From: Schizochytrium sp. TIO01
Taxonomy: Eukaryota > Protista > Bigyra: Labyrinthulomycetes
NCBI GenBank assembly: GCA_004764695.1
Contig: SMSO01000008.1
Span: 1,086,775-1,139,216, forward strand
Direction of reading: 5' to 3'
Length of the DNA stretch: 52,442 nt
Shown: piece after piece, positions 46,517 to 52,442 of the stretch
How the letters are laid out: the number at the start of each line of letters is the position of its first letter
Position numbering within the stretch: position 1 is the stretch's first letter
The notes under the pieces: generated by a model
What the model saw: only the letters and a program-made list of their open reading frames with translations
Database searches by the model: none
What the model was told of the DNA's origin: nothing
Translations under genes and position numbers: made by a program

Positions 46517-49500
46517 ATTGAAGCTTGCACTGACCCTAAGAGACAACGTCTACTAGACAGTGCACTTTTCACCTTACTCAGCAATCAAGCTGGTCCAAAT
46601 TTTCAAAAACAACTACTACATTATGGTAAATCACACCATGGACATGAAGGACGCGCTGCCTGGGCACAGCTTCAAATTGCATTTAAAAAACAGCCTGGTG
46701 AGACCAATCTTGACAAGGTCACAGCACTCTTACAATGTCTTCGGAAATACCTTGACAATTCCCTTGAGAGTATGTCAGAAAACGAAATCATGGTATGGTT
46801 TATGGAACTATACAACACTCAGTGTGAATTGTTAGCTACTGGCATGACGTTACATGATTACATGTTTATCCTTAACCTTTTACCACGTATTCGTTACATG
46901 GGTCCACAAACAACTGCGATCTATGGCAAAGCAATTAAACTCAAAGAGTATAGTAAAGAATTGTTTCAAGAGTTACGAAACACGGAACGGGAAGTTGCAC
47001 AACAATACACACTAAAAGGCAAAAGTGGCTATTCTGCTGGGAACCCTGAACCCACACATCTACAAGCAAACTCCTTTCACCCTTCCCGGAACAAGTTCAA
47101 GCGTCAAAAACGACCTACATCTCAAAACAACAATTCCGGGGGAGCACAACAACCCTTTCCTCAAAGGAATAAATGCTCACACTGTGGTTATTCAAATCAT
47201 GCTGAGGCAAACTGCAAATTCTTGACAGCAATTTGTCCTATCTGTAACCAAGTTGGACACAGACCCTCTGTTTGTCCACGTAGATCATCGCGACAACAAA
47301 AGTCGAACAACAAGCGTCAGCGTCATAATTCAACACCACCGTACAAAGGTCTCGCGTTACACAACGCTCCTTTTGATCAAGGACCTTTTCATGCCAATTT
47401 CAGTGTCAACCTTCTGACAATCAATCATCTAAAATCAGAACCGAAGTCAGCAGAGACAACCTCAGAAGGATTCCTACTAGATTCTGGATGCAATTTGCAT
47501 GTCACACCAAATCTTGCATTACTTTCAAACTATGAGAACATTAATCCACTATCAATGGATGCAGCTCAAGGATCCTCAGTTCCGATTTTAGGAAAAGGTA
47601 CCCTGGAGGCACGAGTAAGATCAACGTCGGGTAGAATTGTTCCTTTAACACTTACAGTCTACTACGCACCTTCCCTTGCTCACACATTACTGTCGACGTC
47701 TATTATGACTCAGCAAGGATTCTCATTTTTCTTCTCACAAGATAGCGATCGTATGACCACTCCACATGGAGAAGTTATTACACTCGGTCAGCAATCTGAC
47801 ATCCCAATGCTTATCCCTGTAAAAGCACCCAAAGTTAACGCTCTGCAACTACGGAAAGCACAAAAACTCAGTTATAAAGGAATAGATTGGCTAGAAGCTC
47901 ATCTTAAATTAGGTCACGCTTCAATTCCACGCATAGCATCCTCCATAGGAGTTTCTGCATCACAAATCGACTTCTTATGCATGGATTGTAAAGTTGCCAA
48001 CTTTGAACGTATTCCAGTGACAAAAGGACCTCACACACCATATGCTAAGTCTCCTCGACAAGCTGTTACAGCTGATGTGATGGGACCATTCCACGTTCTA
48101 GGCATTCCCAACAAGTTCAAATATGCCATAGTCTACAGAGATCTTTACTCAGACTTTACATATGTTTATCCTATACAATCCACTGATCAAGTGTCCACGA
48201 CCCTTCGTACTTTTGCTCAAGCATGGCTCCAAGGTAAAAACACCTCGCGCATCATAATTCGCACAGACGGAGCTAAATATTTTACAGGCGGAGAATTTGC
48301 AAGATCACTTCACACCATGCGGTGGGAACATAAACTATCTGCACCACACTCTCATGCTACAAATCCTGCTGAAGGCATCAATCGAGTACTAATGAATGGT
48401 CTTCGCTCCAATTTAAAAACTGCATTACTCGGAGCCAAATATTGGCCCTATGCTTTATCTCATGCTGTACATGTCAAGAATCGCACAGCCTCCAGTCGCA
48501 ATCGGAAATCTCCGTACGAACGACATTTTGGCAAAGCACCAGACTACAGCTACTTCCACATTTTTGGAGCACCATGTGTGTTCAAGAAGTTTCCCATTCC
48601 GCAAAAGTTGGGAGATAGGGGTGAACTAGGCATTTTCCTTGGATATGCTGATAGTTACACTCATGGAACTGTACATGTCTTACCTAAAGACAAGTCCAAC
48701 ATTCTTCAAACGCGTGAAGTCAAGATTTTCGATCAAGCATTGACTGAACAAACTCGTCAGCGTGCAATGTCGATAGAAACCGCTCTGACACCTGATCTAA
48801 TTACTCATTGGACACGTGAAGAATCAAATAAACTAATTGCTGGAGAAATGTATCAGGATCTACCTGCTTTATCCTCCGCAGCTAATAATACTAAATCTTT
48901 CCTCACTCCTAATACCCCAGAATATAATGATGACCGTGAATCCAATAGTGAACACACTAGTCGTCCGGAGGTAAACAATGATGACCGTGAATCCAATAGT
49001 GAACACGCTAGTCGTCTGGAGGGAAATCATAATGACCGTGAATCCAGTAGTGAACACGCTAGTCATCCGGAACCAAATCATAATGACCGTGAATCCAGTA
49101 GTGAACACGCTAGTCATCCGGAACCAAATCATAATGACCGTGAATCCAGTAGTGAACACGCTAGTCATCCGGAACCAAATCATAATGACCGTGAATCCAG
49201 TAGTGAACACGCTAGTCATCCGGAACCAAATCACAATGACCGTGAATCCAGTAGTGAACACGCTAGTCATCCGGAACTAAATCACAATGACCGTGAATCC
49301 AATAGTGAACACGTTAGTCATTCTGAGGTAAATAATGATGACCGTGAATCCAAAAGTGAACATGCTCGTGAAGACATGGAACTAGAACATAGTTCAGTCC
49401 ATGCACACGATAGTCATCGGAGATCCAAAAGGACTCCCAAACCTCATGTACCACTAAATGTTGGTCCCAGTGCCAAAGGCGCTGCAAATAAATACCGATA

Positions 49501-51262
49501 CTATACCAATCGTCTGAAACGAAAACGTAATATGACGAATACAGAGTTAGATTTCTCGGATATTAATTCTCTATCAAAAGAAGAGAACTTACATGAACTA
49601 ATCATTCCCACGATATATCCGAGGGAACAGGAATATTTTGCTTTTCTTATTAAAACCAACACAGATAATAAACAATTACCTAAACCGGTCCCAAAACCAT
49701 GTCCATATGACGACATTGTAGTTCCAAACACTTATAAAGAAATGCGGAAACTGCCTCAGGCATATCAGCAACTATGGATCGCTGCGATGAATACTGAACA
49801 TCACAATCTGCAGTCCGCTGGTGTTCTGGAAACTGTACCCTTACACACTTTACCACAGGGACAGACTGTAATGGGAACTAGATGGGTCTTTACAAAGAAG
49901 GCACCACCGGTCAATCTGTTAAAAGCACGGGTTGTAGTACAAGGCTACAATGAGGCCATTGAACATGTTTATGATATATACTCACCAACAGTTAATGTTG
50001 AAAGCATTCGTGTTGCAACAATTATTGCTTTAACGAGAGGCTATGATGCTATCACCGTTGACGTAACAGCCGCATTTCTAGAAGCACAAATTCCAGATGA
50101 CGAATTCCTCTACATCAAAGGCATTGAAGGTCTTGACTTAGCAGAAGGTTATTGTTATCGTCTGCGTAAAAGTCTATATGGACTCAAAAGTGCCCCCCGT
50201 AGGTGGATGGATCATTTGACGGCTATATTAGAAAATTATGGCTTAACACGATCTATAACGGACGCATCACTCTTTATTGGCAAAGATCTTCTAATGACTA
50301 TCCATGTTGATGACATGAGAATTTTTGGCACGCCCCAAGCACTCAAAGCGATTGTCAAAGAACTCGAACAAAATGTCGGCGTCAAAGTTAATCGTGAAAA
50401 ACAATGCCATTATCTTAGTGATACACATGTCTATGACAAGTCACGAAAGATCTGTACCATCAGCCAACGCGAGTATTGTGAAAAAGCCCTTAGGCGATGT
50501 AATATGGAAAACTGCAATGGAGCTAAGACTCCATCCATCCTTAAAGAGTTAAGTGATCATCCTGACGACTCTGTGAATGAACACTATCGTCCACTTGTCG
50601 GCACTCTAATGTATTTACTAAAAACTCGACCGGATATGGCATACACTTTACACCAACTTGCATGTCATGGTCAAAAGAATGGAGCGGAACATATGCAAGC
50701 TCTTAAACATGCATTCCGTTATGTCAAGGCCACAAAGGACAAAGTTCTAACACTCAAAGGCGTGGATTCAGAGGCACAACTTGTTTTGAACGTCTATACA
50801 GATGCTTCTTTCAGCAAGGCACATGACAAACTTCGTCGTAGTGTTACAGGATATGTTGTTATGATAAATGATAGTGCTGTTGTATGGAAAACAACCAAAC
50901 AGTCTACAGTTGCAAGAAATACTCACGAAGCTGAACTAATTGCTGCAGTTGCAGGAGTTCTCAGAGCAGAATCCATTCGACAACTTTTAGCAGACATGAA
51001 CATTTACATCAATGAAATACAGGTATATATAGATTGTCAAGCATTAGTAAACACAATCAAAAAGGAAGAAGTTAATGGTACAAATGGTTATCTCGCAGTA
51101 CAACTAGCAGTACTGATTCATCGAAGACAAAACCAATTACTCAAGGTACATCATGTTAAAGGCACAGAAAATATAGCTGATTTACTTACCAAACCACTTG
51201 CAGCACCATCTCATTGGAAACACGCTAGTCGCTTACTTGATGCTTCAGGTGCTGACGCGTGA
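46517..51262 (+). CDS. Copia-2 Gag-Pol (frame open from 46517, first ATG 46772; probable N-terminus 46366-46521 lies in another frame)
   Basis: Gag-like GRAAWAQL upstream of the first ATG, two CCHC knuckles, LLDSGC, HLKLGH..CMDC, RTDGA, VDVTAAFL, IHVDD, YTDAS..HEAEL..ADLLTK. Confidence 0.93.
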   Translation: MEACTDPKRQRLLDSALFTLLSNQAGPNFQKQLLHYGKSHHGHEGRAAWAQLQIAFKKQPGETNLDKVTALLQCLRKYLDNSLESMSENEIMVWFMELYNTQCELLATGMTLHDYMFILNLLPRIRYMGPQTTAIYGKAIKLKEYSKELFQELRNTEREVAQQYTLKGKSGYSAGNPEPTHLQANSFHPSRNKFKRQKRPTSQNNNSGGAQQPFPQRNKCSHCGYSNHAEANCKFLTAICPICNQVGHRPSVCPRRSSRQQKSNNKRQRHNSTPPYKGLALHNAPFDQGPFHANFSVNLLTINHLKSEPKSAETTSEGFLLDSGCNLHVTPNLALLSNYENINPLSMDAAQGSSVPILGKGTLEARVRSTSGRIVPLTLTVYYAPSLAHTLLSTSIMTQQGFSFFFSQDSDRMTTPHGEVITLGQQSDIPMLIPVKAPKVNALQLRKAQKLSYKGIDWLEAHLKLGHASIPRIASSIGVSASQIDFLCMDCKVANFERIPVTKGPHTPYAKSPRQAVTADVMGPFHVLGIPNKFKYAIVYRDLYSDFTYVYPIQSTDQVSTTLRTFAQAWLQGKNTSRIIIRTDGAKYFTGGEFARSLHTMRWEHKLSAPHSHATNPAEGINRVLMNGLRSNLKTALLGAKYWPYALSHAVHVKNRTASSRNRKSPYERHFGKAPDYSYFHIFGAPCVFKKFPIPQKLGDRGELGIFLGYADSYTHGTVHVLPKDKSNILQTREVKIFDQALTEQTRQRAMSIETALTPDLITHWTREESNKLIAGEMYQDLPALSSAANNTKSFLTPNTPEYNDDRESNSEHTSRPEVNNDDRESNSEHASRLEGNHNDRESSSEHASHPEPNHNDRESSSEHASHPEPNHNDRESSSEHASHPEPNHNDRESSSEHASHPEPNHNDRESSSEHASHPELNHNDRESNSEHVSHSEVNNDDRESKSEHAREDMELEHSSVHAHDSHRRSKRTPKPHVPLNVGPSAKGAANKYRYYTNRLKRKRNMTNTELDFSDINSLSKEENLHELIIPTIYPREQEYFAFLIKTNTDNKQLPKPVPKPCPYDDIVVPNTYKEMRKLPQAYQQLWIAAMNTEHHNLQSAGVLETVPLHTLPQGQTVMGTRWVFTKKAPPVNLLKARVVVQGYNEAIEHVYDIYSPTVNVESIRVATIIALTRGYDAITVDVTAAFLEAQIPDDEFLYIKGIEGLDLAEGYCYRLRKSLYGLKSAPRRWMDHLTAILENYGLTRSITDASLFIGKDLLMTIHVDDMRIFGTPQALKAIVKELEQNVGVKVNREKQCHYLSDTHVYDKSRKICTISQREYCEKALRRCNMENCNGAKTPSILKELSDHPDDSVNEHYRPLVGTLMYLLKTRPDMAYTLHQLACHGQKNGAEHMQALKHAFRYVKATKDKVLTLKGVDSEAQLVLNVYTDASFSKAHDKLRRSVTGYVVMINDSAVVWKTTKQSTVARNTHEAELIAAVAGVLRAESIRQLLADMNIYINEIQVYIDCQALVNTIKKEEVNGTNGYLAVQLAVLIHRRQNQLLKVHHVKGTENIADLLTKPLAAPSHWKHASRLLDASGADA
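48925..49365 (+). repeat. 51-bp coding tandem repeat (~9 x HNDRESSSEHASHPEPN) between integrase and RT
   Basis: Direct reading of DNA and translation. Confidence 0.95.
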
Positions 51263-51505
51263 TTTGCGGGGGAGTATTGAAGTAATATACAGCTACTGTC
51301 TAACCTAACCTAACTTAACCTAACCAAGCTCTCCTATCCACACATTAACCTGCCTGTATGCAGACCTGAAACCCCGATAACTCATATATCATCCTCTTTC
51401 TCTTTCTCCTGAGTTCGTCATCCTTGTCAGACTACCTCTCCACGCTTCACAGCTCAGGCTACTCTGCAATAGTAATAAATGAGGCCTGAAACAACATTCT
51501 GTTTT

Positions 51506-51550
51506 CAACGCACAACAACGCACAACAACGCACAACAACGCACAACAACG
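51506..51550. repeat. 10-bp minisatellite (CACAACAACG) x ~4.5, expanded relative to the left arm (~13085-13107)
   Basis: Direct reading. Confidence 0.85.
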
Positions 51551-52442
51551 CCACCCTTGTTGGAGAATGGCCCCATACTCTCGTCGTTAATTACTTTGCA
51601 ACAGCTTGTTGGTCATTAAATCACATGTGTCATTTAACATTTTGCCTGGCAGCTATAGAAAAGCAATCGTCAAGCTTCCCATAGACGTTGTTGCAAAAGC
51701 TGTTGCATTTTCATAATTTATCGAGCCTTCTCAAACTTGTAGAGGTCGCCCTGAGTAAACTATGAACTTAAAGAAGCTGAAACTTGAGTAATCCGAATAT
51801 GACAACCGAAATTTTCGGATGGGGATCTGAGGAACTTGAAAACGGTTTTCAAATTCACATTCAAAACTCCAAAATACGTATGAAGAACTATGGACTTATA
51901 AGGCATTATTAAACGTAAGGGTGGATTTATTTTATTCATGCAATGACCCTCAAGCACTTTTTTCTAAATGCAACCTACTACGGAGTTTTGAGCATCACGG
52001 GCAATTTTTCACTTCACATCTTGAAAAATCACTGATTGCCACATGCACGTTCACTAGTCGTGTCTTGTGCTCTAACATCTTTCAAAATATTGTCTATGAC
52101 TCTTACGGCGTTTAATTTATTCGCTTCTTAAATTGTCAATATTAGTATTCAATCAAAATGTTTCCATCACCTACACGCTCTATATTATGATGATTAATAT
52201 TTTCTAGTACGTTCATAATCCTGAAAATCTACAAAATTGTAATATCAATCACATAGTTAAATATACAGCAACAAGGTTTAATAAAGAATAAACTATTTAG
52301 AACTATTTTTATTCAAAATATAAGGCCTAGACATCCCAATGCTCCACGAAAGGCAAACGTTTGCAGCTTCCAGCCCATCAAGCTCTACTTTCTGCGCAGA
52401 AAGATAATCCTCTTTCGAACTCAGCTCATTCGAGCTGTTAAC

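Larger units (their letters stand above)
46013..51471 (+). mobile_element. Copia-2: full-length Ty1/Copia element, LTRs 46013-46209 and 51275-51471 (197 bp, identical by eye), TSD GTAAT
   Basis: TATTG...CAATA termini; GTAAT at 46008-46012 and 51472-51476; PBS GGTTATGGGCCCA at 46210; PPT GCGGGGGAG. The left arm has an empty site near 13135. Confidence 0.97.
33496..52420 (-). repeat. Right arm of giant inverted duplication (interrupted by Copia-2)
   Basis: Reverse-complement counterpart of 12200-25115, with an extra family B unit. Confidence 0.9.

Overview
Eukaryotic genomic DNA. The 18S sequence points to a thraustochytrid (Aurantiochytrium/Schizochytrium-like); this is recognised from memory, not from a search. 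All comparisons were made by eye. Left 12 kb: three spliced LRR genes built from 84-bp, one-repeat-per-exon, phase-2 cassettes, plus a lone 5S rRNA gene. The main gene (minus strand, 8744-2257) joins eight LRR cassettes to a coiled coil, a protein kinase, a RING and an Rcat-like zinc domain. Its ~340-bp introns are nearly identical, whereas the codons at the exposed positions of the LRR beta-strand differ in every cassette, and one is a TAG stop. This is the best candidate for an undescribed system: a recombination- or splicing-diversified, immune-receptor-like locus. The remaining 40 kb is a diverged giant inverted duplication. Two non-identical 18S-5.8S-28S units point at each other across long spacer repeats (~412, ~530 and ~370 bp units, like the subtelomeric LORE-TEARS of Aurantiochytrium). 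An intact Copia element sits exactly at the junction, has no target-site duplication and appears to keep an unprocessed right end, suggesting a retrotransposon-patched fusion of two chromosome ends; mis-assembly is not excluded. A second young Copia in the right arm has TA...TA termini, a half-tRNA primer site and CCTAA repeats in its LTRs.
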